Of a stretch of 64,000 nucleotides of DNA, positions 1 to 13,500 are shown piece by piece. The stretch comes from Zootoca vivipara (taxonomy: Eukaryota). The stretch is from the NCBI RefSeq assembly GCF_963506605.1, contig NC_083278.1, positions 8,556,001 to 8,620,000 on the forward strand, given 5' to 3'. Every line of letters starts with the position of its first letter. Positions within the stretch are counted from its first letter, which is position 1. Both the position numbers and the translations under genes were made by a program. The notes under the pieces were generated by a model. That model had not been told where the DNA came from and did no database searches. It saw only the letters and a program-made list of their open reading frames with translations.

Positions 1-807
1 GAAATTTTCACACAACGTTCCATTCCACTATGCGGGTGTTTGTATAAACTTAGATTGGACAGACAGATGTCACACCTGTGAGAAGTTAGAACATGTTTTC
101 TAGAAAAACATGTCAAAGCAGCACAACTGAGGATGCCTCAGCTGCTGCCATTGGCTGCAGACTATCTGTGACATCACAGTAGCATGGCATTGCCCAGCAT
201 AGCACAGCCAGGGGAGCAGGCCAGTCCCAAGATGCACATGGGGTGTGCGGGTGGAAGAGAGAGAGGGGTCGGGTTGACGGGTGCCATCACACGGGAGGAA
301 GATGACCAGAGATGAGCAGAGAGCTGGAGGGAAGATGGCTAGAGATGACCAGAGAAACGGGAGGGACCACAGAGAGGTGTCGTGACGTCTGGGTTATGGT
401 ACGGGGCTGGGGTGAGGAACGGGGGCGCTGAGTGGAGGTGGGCCATGCCTTTTGGTAAAAGGAATGTGTCGGGGTGGTGCCATCACGTGAAAGGAAGATG
501 ACGTCACACGGCGGGAGGACCAGAGACAGGGGTGGGGAACGGGGATGCTGAGTGGAGGAGGCCCATGCCTTATGGGAGGATGAATGGGTGGGGATGGGGT
601 GGGGGGATTTGCCAGAACACACATGCGAGGGGGAGAGAGAGCGCTCGGGGTGCCGGGTGCCATTACGTGGGAGGAAGATGACGTCACACGGCGGGGAGAC
701 CAGAGACAGGGGTGTCTCAACGTCATGCGGCTGGGGTGGGGAACGGGGACGCTGAGTGGAGAAGGCCCATGACTGAGCCACAGCAACGCGTGGCCGGGTA
801 CAGCTAG
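1..807 (+). mobile_element. Non-autonomous Helitron, 5' end outside window, with GC-rich internal tandem repeat
   Basis: 3' terminus gccacagcaacgcgtggc hairpin + cgggtacag + CTAG (804-807) followed by T. Bases 66-95 resemble the internal part of the Helitron at 35985-36281. Confidence 0.7.
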
Positions 808-1501
808 TCTTACATAAAGGCACTTTCTGTTTGTGTGAAGTGGTACTTCCAGGTGGGTTAGTGGACACGTGGTCACTATTGCTAGCCCAATAGAGGTGGC
901 TCCTTGCTCAGACCAAGGATTTGATGAGACCACCTTTTAAATATGCAGGACAACAAACCTCATATAAGCTCAGTGAGGAATAATTTTGCTTGAAACACTG
1001 TGAACTGAGCCTTCTGCTGGAATTGAAAATATATATAAGACTCTACAGCTTTCTCATAAGGTCCTGGATAGGCATTATTAAGTTTGGAATTACTAGACAA
1101 TCTTTCACATTGTTTCATTACCGTGAAGCTTCTTAACTTTCTCATTTATCCTGCAATCGATAGTTGGTTGTATAAGATGTTTGGGCACAATTTTACTGTA
1201 TGCAACTTTCCCCATTTACTTCAAGCATATGTGTTGTCTTTATATCATGGTATGTTAAAAATATCATGATTGATTGTTTTAAAACCATCCTCCTGTTGTT
1301 TTATTTATGCTCAGTATTGTGTACTGAGGTGTGAACATTACACAGATACTGTCTGTTTTAGGGCAGTTCAAGCTTCCCCCCTCAATCTGTGTGCTTGTTG
1401 TGCGTAGGTTAAGTTCACTGATATATTCAGTAGCTGCATGCAATGTCAAATAAATCTCAGATGTGACTATCAAGTAGCAAAATATGTAAGAAGCAACTTA
1501 C

Positions 1502-4500
1502 TGTGTTCTTCGGCTTGGCACAAAGTGTCACTGGAGCATTCTGCTTCAGCTAGCATGTTCATTAGTGTCCCAGGTGATTCCTGGCTCCATTTTCTCCTGT
1601 TTTCAGGAAATTCTGGAGGGATCAAGGTAACCTGGCCCACTGAGAAATAATAATACAGTACACTAGTTCACTCACTCTGCATTAGCAAGGCTTTCATGTA
1701 AAACTAGCCCCACTGCATTTCACCTCCAAATGTCAAGAACCTTCTTCCTTCTGCTTCCTCTCTTGCTTCTGTAGTCATAATTCATCCTTCTACAAAGGTG
1801 CGTTCATTTGCTGACACTTTTGCTCAAGCAACAGCACTATGGAACATTTTTTTCCAAAGACAAAATATTTGAAGGGCAGGAAGATGACAGTTTAAAGGAT
1901 TTCTAAACTAAGACAAAACAGGTCTTAGGGGCTTCTGGTGGGCTAGGAGGTTCATGAACCGTTTCAGAAAACAGCTGAATACAGCTGAATGGATGATTAC
2001 TATAGAGATAGGGGGGAACAGAGGAGGGGTTGCCGACCTTTTCAGACAAAACGTAGAATTAAAATAGCTCTGAGCAAGCACACTAGGCTAGGAATGGTCA
2101 GGAAACAGCCTGCTCATAGTCTAGCTTAGCACCCACAAGTACGGTAATTTTTAAGGGATTCCTCTCTTACACTTTGGGAACTATGGAAATGATATTTCAG
2201 GTCACAGTAGAACACCCTTCTGAAATGCCCCCTGTATTTCACATTTAAAAGAACAAGTGGAGTCAGTAACACTCAGAAAATACTTTCCAAGAGATTACCT
2301 GCTTCATCCATGGTAGTGGATGTAGAGGAAATATCTGCATTTTCTAGAAGATTCAGAAGAGTCCGTGGGACTGATGTTTGCCAGTGTTTTCTGTTTACAA
2401 TGGCATCATCTTCATTGTCACCACCTAAGGGAAAGGAGATTACCTTCAATGGCTTTTAAATCTGAATGGATAAAAATATGGTATTAATTATGAGACACAA
2501 AGGTCCATTGGTTGATTTTTCAGCACATATAATGTAATTGTAAGTTATGCATGGAACCCATTCTTGTTACAGACTGATCACATATTATCACTGGCCTAAC
2601 AAACTAAAACAAAAAACTGAGCTGATCAGGTGCATGGTGACAAGACATGTCATTGTATGCCCAAAACAAAAACAAATGAAAGTTATACAAATAAGTTATA
2701 CAAATAATATGAGCAACAGAAAGAACATGAAGGAATATAACTGCAAGTGATAATGGGAACAGCACACCAAAAAAGTCTAGCAGTTTAGAGAAGCACACCT
2801 GTTTCCCAAGATTTGTCTATATAATCATCACAGATGTTTGTCAGTTTTTTCTTAAGGTTTTCTCCATCTTCAAAAGTTAAGGCTTCATTAAGTTTATCAC
2901 ATTCCTAAAATCAAAAGAAACAATGCACATTCAGAACTTATTCAATTCGGGCACATAGGCCAACATGCAGCAGTAGGTTACGGTCAAAAATAAATTACAG
3001 CTTTATGAATGAGGAGTGTGCTTGTGCACGGTATTCAATCACTCACCTCTGCCTCTCTTTGAGCATAACAAAATATGAGGCTTAGCTTGTTTTTCTCCAG
3101 CCAAACTGTTTTCTAGGCTAACCTGGTGTAACATATAACAATAGCCCATACCTCTTTCTCTTTCTGGAAATCTGAAACACCATCTTTCAGATCAATCTGA
3201 AACTTTAGACCTCCCTGAAGAAAATAAATAAAAAGAGTTACCAACTATCACAGGTATACATTTTAAAGACTCCTCGTGCCATCATCTGAAATACAGGCAC
3301 AGGAGAGCACGAGGATGCTGATTATCATTTTTTCGGTCCGAGGGAAAGCAGCAATCCACTCATGTGCTTCCAATTTTTCCTCTCCCTTCCCCAGTATGGG
3401 ATTTTGTGGAAGAGTAGATCAGGAAAGAAGATAGGAAAAGACAGCATATATATCCCACTTACTTGAAATGGCCATCACATGCATGATCACCACTGGCTGA
3501 CATAGTCATTTGAAACCCCATTTTCAGAGCTATACAAAGACCAGACAAAATGATGAGAAAAATATTATCTTTAACCTTTGCTTTGTGTTTTCTTTCAATG
3601 AAATTTTCCTCCTGCCAGTTATGTACTCCAATTTGTTTCAAGTTTTGCTCGAGATCCTTTAAGACAAAAAAGTAATATAAAATTTAATAGGCACAGTTAC
3701 TTCCAGTCAAAAATGAAGTATGCTCTTATTATATTTTGATAAAGCACAGTCAACCATGTTAAAAACTGTGACCTTTTCCCATTAATGTAAACTTTTCAAC
3801 TATCACATTGTACCATAAAGAGGTGCTAATACCTGAACTGGTTCATCTTGTCCTCCAGGAATAATATAATTATAAGTAGGTTGGTTCTCAGTCTTTCTCT
3901 GTTTCACAATATATGTTTTGTCCTTTATATTTTTATTCTCCTTTAAGACAGAATATATTTAATTAAAAATGTTGCTGATTTGAAAGAAAGAGTGATACAT
4001 GTATAGAATTGCTTGTGCATGCAGTGAGAACTTTGAATCCTAGCCACTATTTGCTCACACCCAAAATTCTTGTCAGTCCTATTGACCACTAAAGGGGCAG
4101 AATGGATTTCAACTGCTAAAATCCTCCCATTACAATAATCTAAATAAAAAGATAAACAACATCAGCATAATTACTATCAGTTTGCCACATCTTGGAAAGG
4201 GAGGTGTGTGAAAACTCTAGTAAAAGTTTGGTGCAGTGAAATTTACCTCTAGAGATTCTGCTTTACGTCTAATTTCATTTACTTCACTGTGGTACTGCTG
4301 ACGAATCTTCTGCAGCTGTTTCAGGTATTCCTGTTAAACATTATCAGATTTTTTTAAAAAAATGTGTACCCACAGGAAACTTTAGAAGCAACATGCTGTA
4401 TCAGTAATATGTACATTAACAACAAAATTTTATGCATGTCCATTCAGGAATTCCATTGTGTTCAGGAGAGCTTATATGATGTGTAAAGAACTGTAGCAAA

Positions 4501-7500
4501 TATCAGTACACTATTTAAATATGTACACACACACACACAAAACACAAACACGCACATAGTCTCTACTATGAAGATTTTAAGTCTTTCTTAAACAGCAGCT
4601 TCCCAACACTACTTTGGGAACTAAATGACCTTTCACTTGCATGAAGTGGTCTGCTTAATAATAATAATAAATTTATCTAAGTAGCTGCCAAACTGATAGG
4701 TGGCATATTAAATAAACAAATGCCAAAGCCTTTGAGTGCACGTAAAATAACTAACAGAGCAATCCAAACTCCTGGCAGCAGTGGGGCTTAAAATAATAGT
4801 GGAGTCGTTGCTGGAGTTCTGCCAATTGTGCCAGCTTGCCGGGGGGGGGGGGGGGGACTTTAGTGAAGAGGCCCAGATCAGGCCTACTGCAACAACTTAC
4901 TGATAGCTGGGCTGGCTTAGGATTCAGCAGATCCTTGGCCAGCCTCTAGCTCTAACCCTTCCCCACAGTGGACCACAGATATGGATTGCTCTACCCACAT
5001 AAGACCCCAAAAGCTAAGACTAGAAGATATGGCACTAGTTCTAAGCAATCCATCATTAACTGCCCAGTGCTGATGGCTCCAGAATATATAACAACTACTT
5101 CTGCCCTAACAAACAGGGTAGTGCTTAAAAGCCTGTACTGTATTCCCATACTAAAAAGAATGCCTGTACTATGGTTTTGCAGTAGCAGATTTACATGGAT
5201 CTATGTGAATCCTGCCCCCAGCATTTGCATAATGACTCTATGATTCCTATTATAGTTTCCTTGACCCATAGCCCAAGGGAAACAGCTTTTTCTTACCTGT
5301 TCTTTCATTTTATTGTTTTGAGCAAGAGCTCTCAACTGCTCTTCCTTCATCTCCCGATACTGCATTTGAAAATACTGCCGGTCAGCAGAAGATGGACGCA
5401 ATCCCTATATGCAAAATAATGGAAACATACAAAATGTAAACATTTCTGAACCCACCCCACTGAATGGAAAAGTAAAATGTAGTTGGAGTTTTTTCATGCT
5501 AGTGCATTTTTAAATATCACTCTATTTGCTTATCAGTTTCAGTTTCTTATTCTCTCTTCTTGGAAAAAATGCTTACAAGTTGCTTCTCTACTTTTATCTT
5601 GTATTGCTGGGCATTGTATCGTCTCTGAAGATATTCTGCAGGCCTGGAAGAAACAGGAACATCAGTGAAAATCTGAAGCTGGATTCCAAGTTTCCTTAGT
5701 AAATTGTACTGAATATAAAAACTATAGATTAAAAGGTTAAATTGGAAGTCTAACCTTTTCACACTGCTTCTCTATTTTTCAGTCATAAATGGCCTAGCAA
5801 TCCCATACTCTCCCCACCTGAAGCTGAATCATCATCAACCCCATATATGCCCACAGGATCAATTCCATCTGAGGGATGGGCACTGTTACAGGTGACACAT
5901 GTTTTGTTCTGCACTTGTAAGAAATTTATCTTTTAGCATCTTAGCACCCACATTTTGAAACTCCATGTCTACTGATACCAGGTAGGCACTGTGATTTTTT
6001 CAGCACCTGCTAAAAACATTTTTGTTTATGCAAGTCTATCTAGACTAGTGGATGCTGTTATGTGCTTTAATCTGGTTTTGGCTTGTTGCTGGTTTTTATT
6101 TAAAAAAATGTTTTAAATATTTTTGTAACTTTTTAAAACTGATCATGTTGTTTTTATTCTTTTTGCCAACTGCGTTGAGGCTTTATTACAATTGAGTGGT
6201 ATATGTTATGCAATAAATAAAATAAATGTTGCTGCCACAACATTTGAGCAGACAAACTTGCTCATATTCTGTGTCACTTCAGAATTTCAAATTTGAACAT
6301 GAGCTTGAAATCAGTGGGCTTTAGCTTACCTAATTTCGGTGTGGGATCAAACTGAAAGCAAGCAAGCAAACAAACAAAATCGTGCCAATTTCTACACCGT
6401 CAAGAATACCCATGTCAAAATCATGAGATGTATCAATATTCAAGGGGGGGGAATCCTACCAGTGAGGTGGTGGAGGTGGTGGTTTTTGTCCTTTCTGCTT
6501 ATAATACTCTTCCAATCTTTCGCTGATACAAGGATCATCACCCTGCTCAAAGGCCCTTTTCTGCAAGTTTTCAAGTTTCATATAATAATGGTCATAGTGC
6601 CCCCTCCTTCTGGCAGCTTCTGATTTCCCACACATCTTCAACCGAGGACCCCAGGGCTGGAAACATCATACATATTAAAATTATGAAGGCAAGAAATCCA
6701 CTGACTTTGAAGTTATCCTTTTGCTAAATCATATTGTTAAAGCACATCACTTCCTGGGCCTAGTGATTAGCAGCCAATGGTATATTTTTCCATATTCTCC
6801 AACATTTCTCTGAAGAAAATAGGATATATAATATATAATATAATATAATAATATAATATAATAATTTCACTATTTTGCCCCAGTCACTCTGCGCGGCTTC
6901 CAACACACTGTATATAAAAACATAATAAAACATTAAACATTTAAAAAACTTTCGCACACAGGGCTGCCTTCAGATGGCTCAGGGGTCAGATAACTCCATA
7001 CCCTTCAACGTTTCTCTGATGAAAATAGGGATGTCCTAAGGAAAAACGGGACATTCCAGGATCAAATCAGAAACTAGGACAACTTCTGTAAATCTGGGAC
7101 TGTCCCTGGAAAATAAGGGCACTTGGAAGGTCTGTCATTCTCGAAATTGAAGAAGTTTGGTCCTGATCAGGGTCTGGACAGAAGACCGTTGAGAATTCCA
7201 TTCTCTGATGAGAATTGGGGTATAAACATAAAATAGCAAGCATATTCCATTTCCCATTCTTTGCTGCAGCTTATGCTTTCTCTGTGCACGCAGCATTCTG
7301 CTAAACAATATTTATGACTCCTATTAATTCATCTCATGTGATCCCATTAACTCCTTTGGCCTGCCGATGGCCTAAACAACTGAACACCACAAGTGCCTAA
7401 GCATTCTCCCTACCCCTCTGGGGCAATCTCATTTGGCACCCACGCCTTCCTCTTGACCTAACTTTAAGAAGAAAAGTGAGTAATTTGCAAGTGCTCATGG

Positions 7501-10500
7501 ACTTTTTATGTTAGTTGTGTGTTCTGGATCAAGAGTAATGTGTAACAGCAAAGTGTGGCTTGCGCATCCCTTTAAAGAGGTACAGACTTATGGTCAAGCT
7601 AGATACAGAACATAGCTTTGAATCTGCTACTTAGATTTTTTAAAAAATAAAAAGGTGAGAATTCTAACAGCAGCTAAGAGGGACCATTATATAGATTAGG
7701 GCCTCAGAATTGCTTTTCGATTTAAAAAAAATACAAGGGCAGAATGGGAAAAGAATTCCAGAATCAGATTCAAAGACACATTTAACCTCACATCTAGTTT
7801 GACCCTAATTTGCTTATTTGTCAAACACTGTTAAACTAGTCGGTACAGGAATAACAGACCTGTGGCCCTCCAGATGGTGTTGGACTCCAGCTCCCATCAG
7901 CCCCGGCAGCATGACCAATATTTAGGGATAATGGGTACTGGAGTTCAGCGACAACTGGAGGGTCACTCGTCCCTGAATTAGTACCATCTACTGCTGCAAA
8001 GTGAAAGTACATGACAAATAAAGAACTACATTAAACAATTACCATATTTTCTGTCTATAAGATGCCCCCATGTATAAGGCGCAGGGACTCAAATGGGGAG
8101 ATGTATCTGTGTATAAGATGCCCCCTACTTTTTGACATTATTTTTAGGGGGGAAACCTAGTCTTATACATGGAAAAATACGGTAAATGCCAAGAGAACTT
8201 TAATTACTATTATTATTACCTGATTAATAGGATCGTGGGGCCTTGAAGGAGCTTTCCATTCATTTTCATACATTATGTCTTGTTTTCTGGAAAGCATCTC
8301 CAGCTTGATTTTGGGTGAATGACGATCATGGATTCTTGATTTCTGAACTTCAGGAGCTCCTTTGATAATTCAATTAAATAAGGTTTTGATAATTATTTCC
8401 AATATCATACTCTTATGCCCCTCCCCTTCAAAACCCCAGAATGACCAGCAACATACCCTGAGTTGGGAATCCTGTTTGGCACCAAATGTGCAGTTCTGCT
8501 CCAATTAAATATGCTCCAAGATGTGAGCACTCAGGTAACGAGAATTACTCCTGAACAATGCTTACTGAAGTACCATACCTACCACCATCTATTTCTATTG
8601 ATCTAAAACATTCTTCTAGTTCCAGTGAGAAGGGAACTGACATTACCTGGCTCAGTCTACCTCATCAGGGAAAGGGTGCAGTGTTTGCCTCTGTGGTCTG
8701 CACACAATGCACAATTAATGCTACCTTATAACAGCAAAGTAATAATTCTACCCATGTTTACACTTTAGATGACAATAATCGGAGGCCTGAATTTATTTTG
8801 AGTGCAACACATAGGAACTATATAAACGAAGGTTTCACTCTCTTGGAGAGGAAACAACACCTGACTAAAGCAGTTCTGTGATCTTAAGAGCTATACCGTT
8901 ATATCCCAGCTCAATCATTGCAGGAGTGTTGCTGGTCATTCCCCCAAGCTGGCGAGGCTAATTTGACAACGACAAAAAACCAAGCTTTTAGTGTCACCAG
9001 CCCAGTTCTGTGGAATACTCTGCCAACAGAGATTCAGCAGGCCTCTTGTTTTGATTTTTAAATGCCTGCTGAAAACTTTCCGATTCTGTTGGGCTTATGC
9101 AGGCAATTAAGAATACATCCTACCACAGTAGTTAACTGATATCTGATTTTATATTTTTATATGGTTTTTATTTTATGCTTTTATGTAGTTGCTGTGAACC
9201 ACTTTGATATGTTGTTTATTAATTAAAATGCCTGTTGCTCCTACTTCTTACTTACAGCACCAGCAGAATGGGGCCACTACCTTGAAAGCACAACTCTTAA
9301 ACTAGAGCCGTATTCAGTAACACGCATCTGCTCAATAGTTTTGATGCCACCATGTCCCCAAGGGGAAGGAGCATGCAAATTCATTATACACCATCTTCAC
9401 TGAAATTTGACTAATTACTCAGTACCAATAACCATTTAAAACAAATGTCTCTCTCTCTCTCTCTCTTAAGCATTATGCTTTCATTTATATATACAGTATA
9501 TATAAACCTTAGTGAGCAACAGCTTGCCTGATGGCAGTGAATCTAGTGACCTTTTTCTGTGAATGACAGTGTGGCTGAATTCTTCCTCCATGATCTAGAA
9601 GCAAATATAACAGATTACACATGCATGCATATATATCTATCTATGCTACATCTTCGCTAACTGGCGATTCACTAGTGTCCCAATGCACCCAAGGTGCTTG
9701 CTCATTCTGATAATTCAAGGCAAGAGGGATTATCTAAAAGAATGTCTTCCTCAATATCAACTATTTTGGGGCCCTACAATCAGTAGGGAATGACCTTCTG
9801 GTGGTGGTGTCACTGCTGGGTGCTGCCCAGTTCCCGGTGGTGGTTCCCCACTTGTTTAATTTCCTCCTTGGTGAGGTGTTTCTTCTCCCTCGTCATTAAC
9901 TTTCAGAAAGCATTTGGAAACATTTCTGTTCACCTGGGCATTTGATGGCTCAGAGATACCATTCCCAGCAACTATTTAAAAATGTTCTTCATTTTTTTAA
10001 TCATATTTTATTGGGTTTTCAAATATACAAACAAGAAAAAGGCAACATAAACCTTCATACATCCTTGTATACTGTTGATCATTATATACAATTCAATATG
10101 TACATCAAATACAGCACGTACCCCTACCCTCCACTCTGCACTATCAATATTCATTTCATCTCCGTTTTCTATACGGTCTGCCGAGCTCAGCTTCCTCCTT
10201 CTTCCACGTATGGTTTTCTATTCTCCTTTCTCTTCTCTGCTATTTTTCTTTTATTTCTATAAGTTTTCTCCTTTGTCCAATTCTCCAATATATCCCTTTT
10301 GTGTTCTAAACAATTGTAGGTATTATGTCAAGCCAATTAGTGTTATTGTTGGTTTACAATATGTTCTCAGATATTCTCTAAATTTTTCCCATTCTTTTTG
10401 AGATTTCTGGTCTTTTTGATCTCTTACTCTTCCAGTCAGTCTAGCCAGCTCTAAATATTCTACCATCTTTACCCTCCATTCCTCCACCGTTGGGGTATCT

Positions 10501-13500
10501 GGGGTTTTCCATCTCTGTGCCAATAAAACTCTGGCTGCAGTGGTTGCGTACATAAATATTCTGTGGTCTTCTTTCCTGATCTCTATCCCCATCAGACCCA
10601 ACAGAAATAATTCTGGGTTTTTTGGGAACGTGTATTTTAACAATTTTTTTAACTCGTTATATATTTGTTCCCAAAATGGTGTTACTTTTTTACACCGCCA
10701 CCACATGTGGTAAGTATCCCCCTCCTCCAACATACATTTCCAACATCTTTTTTCTTTTTTCTTATAGATCTTAGCTATCTTGACTGGAGTCAAGTGCCAC
10801 CGGTACATCATTTTCATAATGTAAAAATGTTCTTCATTGTTTGGAAATATATATTTATTTTTAATCAACCTGCTTTACCACTTTGGTGTTTGCCACGCTG
10901 GGCTCCTTTAACAAATTCAGTTAATAAATACATTTTCCTGCGGAGAGCAAGCATTAGCAGCAATTGACGTCAGACAATCCCGCTCCTCGAATGTAAATTC
11001 TACACATTCACCTTAAATGTGACTACCATGTGCAAAGTGAAAAGAGGCAGAAGGGGGAAAGGAATGTGAAGGTTACCAGGGAAGGGTTTTCTCATTTGTT
11101 TGGATTGTCTGCAGCCACAGCAGACACTCACCTCAGGGGGCAGAAAATTCTTTATCTGCTGCTCCAAAAAGGGCTTTTTCAAAATGGAGTTGATAGAAGG
11201 GCGAGCTCTTGGAGATGTTTTAAACAGCTGGGATACTAATGTTCTTAATTCATATGAATACTTCATAGATACTGGTGTGAAATAGCCTCTGCAGATCTTC
11301 AGCACAAGTTGAGGCAAACTCTTGCCTTCAAACTGAAATATTAAAATACAGCCATAAATAGTAACTGCCAAGTGAAATGTGATGTTTAAAGAAAAATGTC
11401 TCAGCATCTTTTCTGGGGAAAATATCTCATGTGGCCCAGAAAAAAAAATTCAGATCTAGAACATCTGGCATCTCCTTGCTAGGCTGTCCAAGATTTAGAA
11501 GCATTGGAAATTACAATTCTAACTGCTGCGTTTGAAAAGTTCCACTTGAAAATTTTTCATTCTTAGTAAATATTGTATTAAAAATAGTCTGCTAATGTAC
11601 TTACAGGGTGCTTTAAAGTACAGAGTTCATATAATACACAGCCAAGTGACCATATATCTCTGTAAAAGAAAGAAATCGTAGTATGGGGTGGGGAAACATT
11701 GTAAAACAAGAATATCCATCTGACCTTTGCAGTCAATAAACTAATTCATACTGTTCGTTGAAAAACAAATACAATTCACAAAACATATAGTCACATCCTA
11801 GGTTCCAAAGACATGGACCCAGGTGGCGCTGTGGGTTAAACCACAGAGTCTAGGGCTTGCTGATCAGAAGGTCGGCGATTCGAATCCCTGCAACGGGGTG
11901 AGCTCCCATTGCTCGGTCCCAGCTCCTGCCCAGTCCCAGTTCGAAAGCACATCAAAGTGCAAGTAGATAAATAGGGACCGCTCCGGCGGGAAGGTAAACA
12001 GCGTTTCTGTGCGCTGCTCTGGTTCGCCAGAAGCAGCTTTGTCATGCTGGCCACATGACCTGGAAGCTGTCTGCGGACAAACGCCTGCTTCCTCGGCCTA
12101 TAGAGCGAGATGAGCGCCGCAACCCCAGAGTCGGACACGACTGGACCTGATGGTCAGGGGCCCCTTTACCCTTTAGGTTCCAAATTAAGAAGCTTTCTTA
12201 ATAATAAGGATGGAGATATAACGGACGACAGAGAAGTTGCATAAAAGAGAAATAGAACCGTTAAAACTTCTAAATACATAGTCAACCTCAGAGAGAGAGA
12301 GAGAGAAGTCTCAGTATTGATTGCAATAGGTAAGGATCACACATGATGTTCAGTAGATGTCATGTTTTCATGAAGATTAATGCCTGTTGGGGTGGTGAGA
12401 GGATCCTTCAATCATATGAGCTTGGCAAACCTCTAAGAGCAAAGGTTTCTCACATTTGGGACATGGCATGTTCCAACATGTAAGCAAGGAGTGCCTGGGG
12501 AGACAGGCCATTGGAAGGCAGAGGCAAACCTACAATTAAGAGATTTACTATCCACTCCTGAAAAAAGGCCTCCTTATGGGGCAATTCCAGTTGTCTAGCA
12601 GGAGGATGGAAAAGGTATGGTGCTATCACAGAATCACAGAGCTGGAAGGGACCACAAGGCTCACCTAGTCCAACCCCTGCAAGGCAGGAATCTTTTTGCC
12701 CAACATGGGGCTCAGACCCATGACAACACTGAATTCCTCCCATGATGTGGTTGAAATATGTGCGTCAGAAATATTCACACTCACGTTTTGTTGTTATACG
12801 GCTTGTTCTCACAGATTTCAGGTGACAAGTAATATGGTGTTCCTACACAGGTCCGAGCAAATTCCATGGTACTAAAGGAAAACAACATTGAAAAATAATG
12901 GTTTTGACCAGTAAGTTTGTTATATATAGGGAAACTGGGGTGGGGGAAGCAACTATACATATCTACATCAATTCATCATTTGGAGACTCCAGGAACAAAT
13001 TAGAACACTACTTATATATTTCAATATGTAACAGAAAAATCTGTATTCCAACCAACAGTGACATAGGAACCCTCAAATAAACCAGGATCACAAAAAATGT
13101 GATTTAAGATCAGTTTGCTTAATAATCGGTTAGACTAAACCATTGTTTCCCAAGTTCAGATATAAGAGGAAACTGCAGTTTATTCAAAACTGAATTTGGA
13201 AGCTTTTAATTTGCTTCCCTCATTTATTTTCTACATTTATATACCACCTTTATCTTCCAAGGAACCGTGGTGAACACGGTTATCGTCCTCAAATAAATGG
13301 TGCTTGATGCAACCTATTCTCTTCATTTATTGTAAACCACTTTGAGGTTTTTTTACAATCAAGTGGTGTATGGATGAATAAAAATACAGTAAGGATAAAT
13401 AATTGTTTAGAGTTAGCATCAGAAGCATAGCTGCCAAGTTATCCCTTTTTTAAAGGGATTTCCCCTTATGCTGAATAGGCTTCCTTGTGAGAAAAGGGAA

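Noticed and set aside
287-933. 193 aa and 179 aa minus-strand ORFs
   Set aside because: These are translations of the Helitron internal tandem repeat, with no splice-compatible link to NEK5.
10823-10868. N-terminus of the 181 aa ORF as part of L1 ORF2
   Set aside because: It lies in and beyond the target-site duplication, so it is flanking intron sequence in frame by chance.
11815-11895. tRNA-like A/B boxes
   Set aside because: They are the head of a Sauria SINE continuous with its body and tail, not a tRNA gene.
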